In this document: positions 44,798 to 54,093 of the stretch, piece after piece | Position numbering within the stretch: position 1 is the stretch's first letter | Layout: each line of letters begins with the position of its first letter | NCBI GenBank assembly: GCA_027310625.1 | Contig: DAIDAM010000002.1 | Coordinates: 1,123 to 65,122, forward strand | DNA length: 64,000 bases | Reading direction: 5' to 3' | DNA from: a bacterium | GTDB taxonomy: Bacteria > Patescibacteriota > Minisyncoccia > UBA6257 > 2-01-FULL-56-20 | Notes under the pieces: model-generated | Told to the model about the DNA's origin: nothing | Database searches by the model: none | What the model saw: the letters and a program-made list of their open reading frames with translations, nothing else | Translations under genes and position numbers: made by a program

Positions 44798-45904
44798 ATG
44801 CCCGGGATATCAAAACTTCTCAATCCCTTCGGAGCGATTAAACAGAGAATAATTCCGGTTTATCTCGGAGTGGACATAGGGACGGCGTCAATAAAAATAA
44901 CGGAAGTGGAGCAGGGCGAGCGCCTGCCGCGGCTTTCGAATTACTGCATTCTTGAAGACAAAAGTTCTCTTCTCAGGGCGAACACCGCCATACAAACCAG
45001 CAGCTTGAAACTTTTTGAGGACGAAGTCGTGGAACTCCTTTCCGGCGCGATTGCCGAAATGAAGCCGAAGACGACGGAAGCCATCGCTTCTCTGCCCGTT
45101 TTTTCCTCCTTCACTGCGATTATAAATTTCCCCGAGATGTCTAAAGACGAACTTGAAAAATCCATTTCCTTCGGAATCAAGCAGTACATACCCATGCCTC
45201 TTTCCGAGGTTGCGATTGACTGGATGAAAGTCGGGGAGTACAAGGACGAAAAGGGTCTTCCTTTCCAGCAGGTGCTTTTGATATCGGTTCCGCAGGAGCA
45301 GATAAGAAAGTATCAGCGGATTTTTGAAGACGCCGGACTGCATTTGAACGCGCTCGAAATAGAAAGTTTGAGTTTGGTGCGTGCCGCCGCCGGAACCGAC
45401 CCGACGCCGTCTTTCATTATTGACATCGGCAGCAGGTCAACCGCGATCGTGATAGCCGAAGGAGGCAATGTCCGCTTCAGCGGCCAGAGCGATTTCGGCG
45501 GTTCTTCGCTCACGCAGGCCCTTTCATCCGGGCTTAATATAAATCCCCTTCGCGCGGAGGAGCTTAAAAAGGAAAAAGGAGTGGATGCAACAGGGCCGAA
45601 TTACGAGTTATCCACAATAATGATTCCTTTTCTTGATGCTATAATTAATGAGGTAAAAAGAGTGGAATTCAATTACAAAAGCCAGAATCCGAGCGCGAAA
45701 AAGATGGAGCGCGCGGTCATTAGCGGCGGCGGCGCGAATTTGCCGGGCATTGAAAGATATTTTGAATCCCGTCTCGGCATCCCTTCCGTAAAGGCCGCGC
45801 CGTTTCTGAAACTCGAATATCCGCCGTCGATTGAACCCCTCGTGAAAGAACTCAATCCGCTTTTGAGCGTTTCGCTCGGACTCGGATTGAGAGAGTTTGT
45901 TTAA
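44798..45904 (+). CDS. pilM: type IV pilus assembly protein PilM (actin-like ATPase)
   Basis: 368 aa with YLGVDIGTASIKITEV, the ASKHA phosphate-1 motif. PilN/O-like genes follow. Confidence 0.8.
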   Translation: MPGISKLLNPFGAIKQRIIPVYLGVDIGTASIKITEVEQGERLPRLSNYCILEDKSSLLRANTAIQTSSLKLFEDEVVELLSGAIAEMKPKTTEAIASLPVFSSFTAIINFPEMSKDELEKSISFGIKQYIPMPLSEVAIDWMKVGEYKDEKGLPFQQVLLISVPQEQIRKYQRIFEDAGLHLNALEIESLSLVRAAAGTDPTPSFIIDIGSRSTAIVIAEGGNVRFSGQSDFGGSSLTQALSSGLNINPLRAEELKKEKGVDATGPNYELSTIMIPFLDAIINEVKRVEFNYKSQNPSAKKMERAVISGGGANLPGIERYFESRLGIPSVKAAPFLKLEYPPSIEPLVKELNPLLSVSLGLGLREFV

Positions 45905-45959
45905 ATTTTGTTTGAAAATTGAACAAAGTGAAAATTTTCATTACAAAATCTTAACCGAG

Positions 45960-46122
45960 CACATAAATTTATGAATATACCAAACAATAGAGAATTAAGT
46001 AATCGCAGCACAAACCAGCCATATTATATTAATCGTTTGATTAAATTTATGTGCTCGGTGCTCAATTTTGAATACCGCTCGGTCTGCGGTATAACTACCT
46101 TGCCCTCGCGGGCAAAATTACC
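45960..46122 (+). promoter_or_regulatory. pilus-gene leader module, copy 1 (interrupted variant)
   Basis: ACCGAGCACATAAATTTATG...AAATTTATGTGCTCGGTGCTCAATTTTG...CGCTCGGTCTGCGGTATAACTACCTTGCCCTCGCGGGCAAAATTACC then ATG. It shares its 3' ~75 nt with copies 2 and 3. Confidence 0.5.
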
Positions 46123-46695
46123 ATGCCTCTTCCTGAACAAATAGCAAATCGGACGGCGCACGGACCGATAGGAACACCGGGATGGTCAGGCCAGCTTCTG
46201 ATGTTCAGCGGCACCGTTTTTTTCATAAGCTTGGCGGTTTATCTCGGGATCGCTTACGGGTACAAACCCTATCTTGAAAGGCAGGTTGCGATTCTTGACG
46301 AGCAGATAAAAAGCTACACCAGGCAAATTACTCCCGACGAACAGGAAAAACTCATTTCCTTTTACTCGCAGGTGGCGAACCTTAACGAAATCCTCAAAAG
46401 CCGGTTTACTCCCTCGCAGATATTCGGCTGGCTTGAAAAAAACACCGGTGCGAACATTTATTACAACGGGTTCGGTTTTCTCCTTGCCGATTATCAAGTC
46501 AATCTTTCCGGCATTTCAAAAACAGTGGACGGTTTTTCAAAACAGATGGTTTTATTCCAGAATAATCCTGCCGTTGAAAGGGCGTCCATCAACAGCTTTT
46601 CGTCGGCGGGAGGAAACCTTTGGCAGTTTAACGTTTCTCTTTTCCTGAATAAAGACGCCTTGAATTCAGGAGTCACGGTTCAACAAGAACAATGA
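46123..46695 (+). CDS. PilN-like type IV pilus biogenesis protein (bitopic)
   Basis: 190 aa with one N-terminal transmembrane helix. The call relies on its position after pilM. Confidence 0.5.
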   Translation: MPLPEQIANRTAHGPIGTPGWSGQLLMFSGTVFFISLAVYLGIAYGYKPYLERQVAILDEQIKSYTRQITPDEQEKLISFYSQVANLNEILKSRFTPSQIFGWLEKNTGANIYYNGFGFLLADYQVNLSGISKTVDGFSKQMVLFQNNPAVERASINSFSSAGGNLWQFNVSLFLNKDALNSGVTVQQEQ

Positions 46696-47273
46696 AGCAG
46701 GCAACAAAAAGATTTTTGAGCTTGATAGTTTCCTTTATTCTTTTCACTTCCGCGCTGGTGGTTTATTTCAATTTCATAGTCCCCGCAAACGAGGAAGGGC
46801 AACAGATAAAATCAAGATACATCAGCAGGCAGAATTTCATCGAGAGCCAAAAGTCCGCAATCTCGCAGGTGCAAAAGCTGGTGCAGTCGTATGAAGGTCA
46901 GGGGCAGGTGCAGGACGTAATTTCCTCAATCGTCCCTCCGTCAATTGATGCCGCTGGGGCGTTTGCGCAGATAAGCGGAATCACAGAGATAAACAAACTT
47001 CTCATACAAGGTATCACCGTAAGCATTCCCGTGGAACAAAGCGTCTCGCCGACGAGCACCGCCGTAAATCCGCTGGTCAAGCCGCTCGGCTCTTTTGATT
47101 TCCAAATAAGAATGGTCGGGACATACGAGAATTTCAAGTCGTTTCTCGGAAATCTTGAAACGAACATAAGAATTTTTGACATAAAGAGGATAGACATCCA
47201 AGCCGCGGCAAAGCCAAATCAGGACGTTTATTCCTTTGACATTACGGCTACAACTTACTATCAGGTAAAATAA
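46692..47273 (+). CDS. PilO-like type IV pilus biogenesis protein
   Basis: 193 aa, bitopic, overlapping the stop of the preceding gene by 4 nt. Confidence 0.45.
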   Translation: MKQATKRFLSLIVSFILFTSALVVYFNFIVPANEEGQQIKSRYISRQNFIESQKSAISQVQKLVQSYEGQGQVQDVISSIVPPSIDAAGAFAQISGITEINKLLIQGITVSIPVEQSVSPTSTAVNPLVKPLGSFDFQIRMVGTYENFKSFLGNLETNIRIFDIKRIDIQAAAKPNQDVYSFDITATTYYQVK

Positions 47274-47285
47274 AAGCTGAAAAAC

Positions 47286-47576
47286 ATGGCTATAGTCTTT
47301 GAAGAAAAGACAAACACAGGCGCAATAACGACCTTCATCGTTTGGGTGATTATTCTTGGGGTAATAGCCGCAAGCGTCTATTACGTCTTTTTCAAAGAAC
47401 CGCAGCTTGTGGAATTCACTTCTTCTGCTTCTTTCAAAAATATCCAGCAGCTTTCAAAAATCACCATCAACTCCGCGGAACTCGTTAATAATCCCCAGTT
47501 CGCGGCCCTTAAGCAGTACATCACCGTTTCGCCGCTGGAAGGCGCGGGAAAGTCAAATCCATTTTTGGGGTTCTGA
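47286..47576 (+). CDS. small bitopic protein of the pilus cluster, hypothetical
   Basis: 96 aa with one transmembrane helix. Confidence 0.35.
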   Translation: MAIVFEEKTNTGAITTFIVWVIILGVIAASVYYVFFKEPQLVEFTSSASFKNIQQLSKITINSAELVNNPQFAALKQYITVSPLEGAGKSNPFLGF

Positions 47577-47730
47577 AGGTCTTTGCCTAAATTTTGGAGC
47601 ATGAAATGCAAACAAAATTTATCGCAAACACCTTTACCGAGCACATAGGTCTATTATGTGCTCGGTGCTCAATTTTGCAGCCGCTCGGGCTGCGTTATAA
47701 AATTAACTTGCCCTCGCGGGCAAAATTGGC
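47577..47730 (+). promoter_or_regulatory. pilus-gene leader module, copy 2 (in front of pilB)
   Basis: About 150 nt near-identical to 50660-50813. Contains the hairpin GAGCACATA-GGTCTAT-TATGTGCTC, a candidate -35/-10 pair (TTGCAG, 17 nt, TAAAAT) and the hairpin TTGCCC-TCGC-GGGCAA abutting the ATG. Confidence 0.5.
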
Positions 47731-49461
47731 ATGACCACAGATCAACTTCTCGGCGAACTTCAGAAGCGGAAACTTCTCACCGAAGAGGTTTCGAACAAAA
47801 TCAGGAGGGAATCGCTTCTTTCGGGGCGCTCCGCGGAAGACATAATTTTTTCTCAGCGGCTTGTTGAAAACGAGCAAGTCGCAAAGCTCAAGAGCGAGGT
47901 TTTAAAAATACCGTATCAAAAGGTGGATGCTTCCAAACTTGACGAAAAACTTTTTGAGTTAATACCCGAGGAAACAGCAAGGACTTACGGAGCAGTTCCC
48001 ATTTCCCAGAGCGACAATCTTTTGGTTGTCGGGATGCTGAGACCCGACGACCCGAAAGCGCAGGAGGCGCTGAAGTTCATCGCTAGGCGCCGCCGTTTGA
48101 ATCTCGGAGTTTACGTGATTTCATATTCCGACTGGCAGGATGTTTTGAGAAGATATTCTCCATATAAAAGCGAAGTGGAAGCTGCTGTGCGCTCGCTTGA
48201 TATTAAGTCGGGCGGCGCCGGCGGCAGGCGACTCGTCGGACTTGAGGAAACGGCTTCAACCAAGCTGGAAGACGCGCCGATTATAAGAATAGTCGCGAAG
48301 ACCTTCAGCGAAGCCGTTCAAAAAGGCGCTTCCGACGTTCACATCGAACCGCTTGAAAATTATTTGAGAGTGAGATTCAGGATAAACGGGCAGCTTGAAG
48401 AAGAAATTGCTTTGCCGGCGGAACTTTCGCAATCAGTAGTTTCGCGCGTGAAGGTTATTTCCAATCTCAAGATAGACGAGGCAAGAGTGCCCCAGGACGG
48501 ACGTTTCCGGACGAGAGTTTTTGACAGAGAAATAGATTTCCGCGTTTCCACGTTTCCGACTCCGCTCGGCGAAAAAGTCGCCATTCGCGTTCTCGACCCC
48601 TCCACCGGGCTAAAAGATTTCGGACAACTCGGCCTTGAAGGGAAAAATCTTTCAACAATAAAAGAAGGACTTTCAAAACCGTTTGGTATGATACTTCTCA
48701 CCGGCCCTACCGGCTCCGGAAAAACAACTACCCTTTACGCGATTCTCCAAACCCTCAACAAAGAAAATATAAACATTCTTAGTTTGGAAGACCCCGTGGA
48801 GTATCTCGTTTCCGGAATAAACCAGTCGCAGGTCAGACCGGAGATAGGATACGATTTTGCTTCCGGATTGAGAGAAATGTTGCGGCAGGACCCGGACATA
48901 ATAATGGTCGGCGAGATAAGGGATAACGAAACAGCGGGGCTTGCGGTCCACGCCGCGCTCACGGGACATATAGTTCTTTCAACCTTGCATACCAATAATG
49001 CCATCGGCGTCATTCCGCGGCTGATTGACATGAAAGTTGAGCCGTTTCTTCTGCCGCCTTCACTCAACCTGATGGTTTCACAGCGCCTCGTCGGCCGCCT
49101 TTGTCAAAATTGCAGGAAGAAAGAGACGGCGCCGCAGGAAATGCAAAGAATAATCAAAAAAGCACTGAACGATTTGCCGTCCGAAATAACGTCCGCCTAC
49201 AAAGAACCGTACGAGATTTACAAAAGCGAGGGGTGTCCCAAATGTCAGGGGAAGGGAATTGTCGGCAGGATAGCGCTTTTCGAGGTTTTCAAAATGACGA
49301 ACGAGCTTCAAAAAATAATAGTTTCCAGCCCCACCGTCCAGCTCATTTCCGAGGAAGCAAAGAGACAGGGAATGATAACACTGCACCAAGACGGCATAAT
49401 AAAAGCGCTCTCCGGTCTTGTAAAAATCGAGGAGGTGATTAAGGAAACGGAAGAATCGTGA
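47731..49461 (+). CDS. pilB: type IV pilus assembly ATPase PilB (GspE family)
   Basis: 576 aa with Walker A LLTGPTGSGKTTTL, a tetracysteine motif CQNC...CPKC and a GspE N-domain. Confidence 0.9.
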   Translation: MTTDQLLGELQKRKLLTEEVSNKIRRESLLSGRSAEDIIFSQRLVENEQVAKLKSEVLKIPYQKVDASKLDEKLFELIPEETARTYGAVPISQSDNLLVVGMLRPDDPKAQEALKFIARRRRLNLGVYVISYSDWQDVLRRYSPYKSEVEAAVRSLDIKSGGAGGRRLVGLEETASTKLEDAPIIRIVAKTFSEAVQKGASDVHIEPLENYLRVRFRINGQLEEEIALPAELSQSVVSRVKVISNLKIDEARVPQDGRFRTRVFDREIDFRVSTFPTPLGEKVAIRVLDPSTGLKDFGQLGLEGKNLSTIKEGLSKPFGMILLTGPTGSGKTTTLYAILQTLNKENINILSLEDPVEYLVSGINQSQVRPEIGYDFASGLREMLRQDPDIIMVGEIRDNETAGLAVHAALTGHIVLSTLHTNNAIGVIPRLIDMKVEPFLLPPSLNLMVSQRLVGRLCQNCRKKETAPQEMQRIIKKALNDLPSEITSAYKEPYEIYKSEGCPKCQGKGIVGRIALFEVFKMTNELQKIIVSSPTVQLISEEAKRQGMITLHQDGIIKALSGLVKIEEVIKETEES

Positions 49462-49489
49462 TAGAATGAAATCAACTAATAACTAATCA

Positions 49490-49581
49490 ATTGCGAATAA
49501 ACGAATTCGCTCCTACGCCGTCGAGAGTCCTCGATGTAATCGGGATAAATTAGAAAAAGATTCGCTATTCGCCGATGATAA
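49490..49581. repeat. CGAAT/ATTCG-family repeat in the pilB-pilT intergenic region
   Basis: Sequence ttgcgaataaacgaattcgc...gattcgctattcgccgat. The same strings occur in-frame inside the cysteine desulfurase gene (25946-25989). Confidence 0.6.
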
Positions 49582-49585
49582 ACGC

Positions 49586-50659
49586 ATGCCCACGCCACAG
49601 GAACAACTGAATGACCTTCTTATAACCACCGCAAAACAGAACGCTTCCGACCTTCATTTGGCCGTTGGACGGCGCCCGACCCTCCGCGTTGACGGAGTTC
49701 TCGTTCCTATTCAAAAAGAACCGCAGCTTACCCGAGAAGCAGTTGAGGGCGTAATTTCCGCGCTCATAACTCCCGAACAAAAAAAAGTTTTTCTTGAAAA
49801 AAAGCAACTGGACTTCGCTTATAGTTTTGAAGACAAGGCGAGATTCCGCGTCAACGTTTATTTCCAGCGCGGCTATATGTCGGCGTCGCTGCGCTTGATA
49901 CCCGCGAGGATAAGAACGGTAGAAGAATTGAATCTCGCGCCGATACTTCACGAGTTCCCGAAGCTTTCGCAGGGCTTCGTTCTCATTGTCGGTCCGGCGG
50001 GACACGGGAAATCGACTACGCTCGCCGCCATGCTTGATGAGGTGAACCACAACCGCACCGACCACATTGTTACAATAGAAGACCCGATTGAATACATTTT
50101 TACGCAGGACAGATGCATAGTTTCGCAGAGGGAAGTCGGGGCCGACGCCTTGAGTTTCCACTCGGCATTGAGAACTGTTTTGCGTCAGGACCCCGACGTT
50201 ATCATGATAGGAGAAATGCGCGACACAATTTCAATCGCAACAGCGATGACCGCGGCGGAAACGGGCCACCTCGTTTTTTCCACACTTCACACCAATTCCG
50301 CTTCGCAGACGATAGACAGAGTCATTGATTCCTTCCCGGCGGAACAGCAGGGACAAATTGTTTCTCAGCTTGCCTCCACGCTTGTCGGCATAATTTCCCA
50401 GCGTCTCATTCCGCGTCTTTCCGGAGGAAGAATTCCGGCGCTTGAGATAATGATAACGAACCCCGCCGTCAGGAACCTCATCCGTGAAAGGAAAATCTAT
50501 CAGATTGACCTTGTGATAGAGACGAGCTTGCAGGAAGGAATGCTGACGATGAACCGTTCTCTTGCAAACCTCGTAAAAACGAAGGAAATTTCGCTTGAAA
50601 ACGCGGAGCTCTATTCCCCGAATCCGGCGGAATTGAGGATACTGCTGGAGAGGATGTAA
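49586..50659 (+). CDS. pilT: twitching motility ATPase PilT
   Basis: 357 aa with Walker A LIVGPAGHGKSTT and the PilT-type AIRNLIRE motif. Confidence 0.9.
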   Translation: MPTPQEQLNDLLITTAKQNASDLHLAVGRRPTLRVDGVLVPIQKEPQLTREAVEGVISALITPEQKKVFLEKKQLDFAYSFEDKARFRVNVYFQRGYMSASLRLIPARIRTVEELNLAPILHEFPKLSQGFVLIVGPAGHGKSTTLAAMLDEVNHNRTDHIVTIEDPIEYIFTQDRCIVSQREVGADALSFHSALRTVLRQDPDVIMIGEMRDTISIATAMTAAETGHLVFSTLHTNSASQTIDRVIDSFPAEQQGQIVSQLASTLVGIISQRLIPRLSGGRIPALEIMITNPAVRNLIRERKIYQIDLVIETSLQEGMLTMNRSLANLVKTKEISLENAELYSPNPAELRILLERM

Positions 50660-50813
50660 ATGTCTTTGCCTAAATTTTGGAGCATGAAATGCGAACAAAA
50701 TTTATCGCAAACACCTTTACCGAGCACATAGGTCTATTATGTGCTCGGTGCTCAATTTTGCAGCCGCTCGGGCTGCGTTATAAAATTAACTTGCCCTCAC
50801 GGGCAAAATTGGC
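50660..50813 (+). promoter_or_regulatory. pilus-gene leader module, copy 3 (in front of pilC)
   Basis: Differs from copy 2 at only about 3 positions. Confidence 0.5.
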
Positions 50814-52028
50814 ATGAAGTTTAAATACCAGGCAAAAACAAGAGAAGGAGAAAACCAGGTTGGATTCGTGGAAGCGCCTTCAAGAGACGTCGCCGCGAGC
50901 ATTCTTTCGAGCCACAATCTCTTCATTCTGACGCTTAATGAGGTGGGCAAAGAAGGGTTCTTTCAAAGGTTTGAAAGTTATTTTTCAAAACGCCTTAAAA
51001 AGAGCGAACTCGTTATCTTCACAAGACAGCTTGCAATGCTTCTTGAAGCAAGGGTGCCTCTCAACACGAGTTTAAAAGCGATTCATGAGCAGTCGCAAAA
51101 TCCCATTTTGAAGGAAGCGGCGCTTGAAATAGCGGAAGATATAGACGCGGGACTTCCCTTTTCGCAGGCGATAGAGCGCCAGCCGGAAATTTTTTCCGGG
51201 TTCTTCTCAAGCATGGTGCGTTCCGCAGAGATCACCGGCAATCTTGAAAACGTGATGAACTTCCTTGCGGACTACCTTGAACGCGAGTATTCGCTTCAAA
51301 AAAGAGTGGAGTCGGCGCTGATTTATCCGGGAATGATTATAGGCCTTTTCATAGTTGTTTCATTCATTCTCGTGGCTTTCGTCATTCCCCAGATCAGTCC
51401 GATATTCAGAGACGCAGGGGTAAATCTTCCTTTTTTCGTAATGATACTTGTCGGCGTAGGTGCTTTTGTGGGCCAGTGGTGGCCCGTTGTCGCTCTCGGA
51501 TTATTTTTCCTTGCTCTTTTTGCTATAGATTACTTTCAAACGCCGGAGGGCAAAGCCCTGAAAGATGAACTTAAAATAAAACTTCCGATGCTGAAAAGCA
51601 TTTATCTCCCCCTTACAATAACGAGAATCGCCAATTCGGCGTCAATGCTTTTGAGAGGCGGCGTCCCGATTGTGCAATCGCTTGAAATAATCGGGGAAAC
51701 CGCGGACAACGTCGTTTACAAAGAAATAATGCACCAGATTGCGGAAGAAGTTCGCCAAGGTCAGCAAATTTCGGCTTCCGCATCAAAATACCCTGAATAT
51801 TTTCCCTCAACCGTCACGCAAATGATAGCGGTAGGCGAAGCCGCTGGTCAGCTTGAGCAGACATTTTCAAGAATATCCGTTTTTTACGGAAGGGAGGCCG
51901 ACTCGGTGATAAATAACATCGTTGAGCTTATCCAGCCGGTGCTTATCATCGGCGTCGGAATACTCGTCGGACTTCTTTTTTCTTCCATTCTTCTTCCGAT
52001 ATACCAGCTCATCGGGACAATACGTTAA
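50814..52028 (+). CDS. pilC: type IV pilus inner-membrane platform protein PilC (GspF family)
   Basis: 404 aa with two GspF repeats and three transmembrane segments. Confidence 0.85.
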   Translation: MKFKYQAKTREGENQVGFVEAPSRDVAASILSSHNLFILTLNEVGKEGFFQRFESYFSKRLKKSELVIFTRQLAMLLEARVPLNTSLKAIHEQSQNPILKEAALEIAEDIDAGLPFSQAIERQPEIFSGFFSSMVRSAEITGNLENVMNFLADYLEREYSLQKRVESALIYPGMIIGLFIVVSFILVAFVIPQISPIFRDAGVNLPFFVMILVGVGAFVGQWWPVVALGLFFLALFAIDYFQTPEGKALKDELKIKLPMLKSIYLPLTITRIANSASMLLRGGVPIVQSLEIIGETADNVVYKEIMHQIAEEVRQGQQISASASKYPEYFPSTVTQMIAVGEAAGQLEQTFSRISVFYGREADSVINNIVELIQPVLIIGVGILVGLLFSSILLPIYQLIGTIR

Positions 52029-52099
52029 ATCCAGCGGAATCGGAGTTATGCACACGTGAGACGCTGACACAAAACGAGGTTTGATATAATATTGGTACA

Positions 52100-52576
52100 A
52101 TGAAACGAGATATGAAAAGAGGATTCACGCTAATTGAGATTTTGATAGTCGTCGCGATAATAGCGATTTTGGCGAGCGTGGTTCTCGTAGGTTTTGGTCC
52201 CGCTCAGCGCCAGGGAAGAGATACGAGGAGGATAGCTGATCTTCGTCAGGTACAAAATGCGCTTGAACTTTACTACGCGAAGTGCGGGTATTATCCGGGG
52301 ACGGCGCAGGCGACTTCTCCCTGCGGTGGCTTCAGCCAGATTAGCAGCTGGGCCTCTCTTATAACGTCCCTTACGGGGAGCAACATCGGCGTCAGCCAAA
52401 TTCCTAACGACCCAAGCAGCGGGAAGAACTATCTCTATGGAACCAACATTGCTGGTTCAAGCTATACTCTTGGTGCTGTTCTTGAAGACGCGAACAACCC
52501 TGCCCTTCAGAGTAGTGCGACAGGGAACGTAAACAATATTAACTGCACCGGAAACACGTACTGCGTACAATTTTAG
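52100..52576 (+). CDS. type IV pilin (major pilin candidate)
   Basis: N-terminus KRGFTLIEILIVVAIIAILASVVLVGF, a class III signal peptide (G-FTLIE). Confidence 0.8.
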   Translation: MKRDMKRGFTLIEILIVVAIIAILASVVLVGFGPAQRQGRDTRRIADLRQVQNALELYYAKCGYYPGTAQATSPCGGFSQISSWASLITSLTGSNIGVSQIPNDPSSGKNYLYGTNIAGSSYTLGAVLEDANNPALQSSATGNVNNINCTGNTYCVQF

Positions 52577-52629
52577 AAACTTTTATAGCATCAGGTAATG
52601 AGTTTTTTCTCTTTTTCCTCGGCGCGGCG

Positions 52630-53463
52630 GTGGGGAGCTTTTTGGGCGTGGTTTCTGACCGCTACAAAGAGGACTTGCCGATTTGGGATAAGAGCGTGAT
52701 CGGCGGTCCGCCCGGCGGCGAGACAAGCCGCTCGCGCTGCGAATACTGCGGCACTAAACTACGCTGGTTTGAACTCATTCCCATTCTCAGCTTTTTTTTG
52801 CAAAAAGGCAGGTGCCTCACCTGCGGGCGTAAGCTCAGTTTCCGCTACCCGCTTATTGAAATAGCGACGGGCTTGGTTTTTGTTTTTGTTCCCGTTGGCC
52901 TCAAAAACATTTACTTAGTCGAACCGATTCCTTACACTTCGTCCTTTATTTGGATACTTGTTTTTTCGTTTATCTTTCTTGCCTCCCTCATAGATTTCAG
53001 ATTGCGGATAATTCCCGACGAAATTGTGGTCGCGTTGACCATATTGGGGATTTTTGCAACGGCCATTCAACCGTTCAGCGCAACTGAAGGATCGTTCCTT
53101 GGGAACTACGGATTGATATTCGGCATTCGCGGGAACGTCTGGCTGAATCATTTTTCGGCCGCCTTAATCGCGGCGATTTTCTTCGCGCTGATTATACTCG
53201 TTACCAAAGGAAAGGGAATGGGCGGAGGGGATGTGAAGCTCGCCGCCGCGATGGGGCTTATTTTCGGCTGGCCGGATATTTTACTCATCGTCATTCTTTC
53301 CTTTGTTATCGGCTCTCTTTTTGGAATCGCCGCAATCGCCCTTAAAAGAGAAAAGTTAAAAAGTTTAGTGCCTTTCGGGCCGTTCCTTTTTGTTTCAAGT
53401 ATTCTTGTTTTTTTCTTTGGTAACGAGATTTTGAGGTTTTATTTCGGACTCTTCGGATTGTAA
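52630..53463 (+). CDS. pilD: prepilin peptidase PilD (A24 family). The true 5' end is probably upstream of the GTG used here.
   Basis: The zinc-binding tetracysteine CEYCGTKLRWFELIPILSFF...CLTCGRKLSFRYPLIEIATG plus C-terminal transmembrane helices. The conserved first transmembrane helix FFLFFLGAAVGSFL is encoded in-frame upstream (52600-52629) without an ATG. Confidence 0.8.
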   Translation: MGSFLGVVSDRYKEDLPIWDKSVIGGPPGGETSRSRCEYCGTKLRWFELIPILSFFLQKGRCLTCGRKLSFRYPLIEIATGLVFVFVPVGLKNIYLVEPIPYTSSFIWILVFSFIFLASLIDFRLRIIPDEIVVALTILGIFATAIQPFSATEGSFLGNYGLIFGIRGNVWLNHFSAALIAAIFFALIILVTKGKGMGGGDVKLAAAMGLIFGWPDILLIVILSFVIGSLFGIAAIALKREKLKSLVPFGPFLFVSSILVFFFGNEILRFYFGLFGL

Positions 53464-53489
53464 GGATGTATAATTAAAACGGACCATCT

Positions 53490-54068
53490 ATGTTTTCCGA
53501 GTTTTTAGGGAAATTTATAAAACAGGCGCGCGGGAGAGGCATGACGCTTTTGGAAGTGCTTATAACAATCGGGATAACGTTGCTTCTTTCCTCCTTTTTG
53601 ATTTCCTACACGAGCTCCAGCCGACAGCAGATAGCGCTTTATTCAGAGGAGGTAAAGCTTGGGCAGACAATTTATCGCGCAAAGTCACTTTCGCTCTCGC
53701 TTTACAGCCAGCCAGGAAGCCAGCCGATATGCGGATACGGCGTTCATTTCGATTATTCTTCAATGACCTACAATCTTTTCAGCTACAACAAGCCCTCCGA
53801 TTCAAGCTGCGGAAGCATAAACTCCATAAGCGCCGGCTCAAAAAATACCGTTTCAACTTTTGGAATCAATAAAAACGTAAAAATCGTTTCTCCTTCGGGC
53901 GGCAGAAAAATTGACGACGTTCTTTTCATTGCGCCGGGTCCGAAGACCATTATCAATTCCAATGGAACGATGATTAGCGACGGCTCGGCTGCGGTCGCCA
54001 TTCAAACCGCTGACGGACTCCTTTTGTTCACGATAACCGTGAATACCAACGGGCTGATAGATTTCTGA
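53490..54068 (+). CDS. minor pilin / pseudopilin
   Basis: RGMTLLEVLITIGITLLLSSFLI, a prepilin N-terminal methylation motif. Confidence 0.65.
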   Translation: MFSEFLGKFIKQARGRGMTLLEVLITIGITLLLSSFLISYTSSSRQQIALYSEEVKLGQTIYRAKSLSLSLYSQPGSQPICGYGVHFDYSSMTYNLFSYNKPSDSSCGSINSISAGSKNTVSTFGINKNVKIVSPSGGRKIDDVLFIAPGPKTIINSNGTMISDGSAAVAIQTADGLLLFTITVNTNGLIDF

Positions 54069-54093
54069 GAAAGGAAGTATAATTACTTCTAAG

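Noticed and set aside
47640-47660. Sigma54 promoter (GG-N10-GC) in the pilus leader module (GGTGCTCAATTTTGCA)
   Set aside because: The GG to GC spacing is one nucleotide longer than the TGGCAC-N5-TTGCW consensus, and copy 1 lacks the GC element entirely. A sigma70-like TTGCAG/TAAAAT pair fits better.
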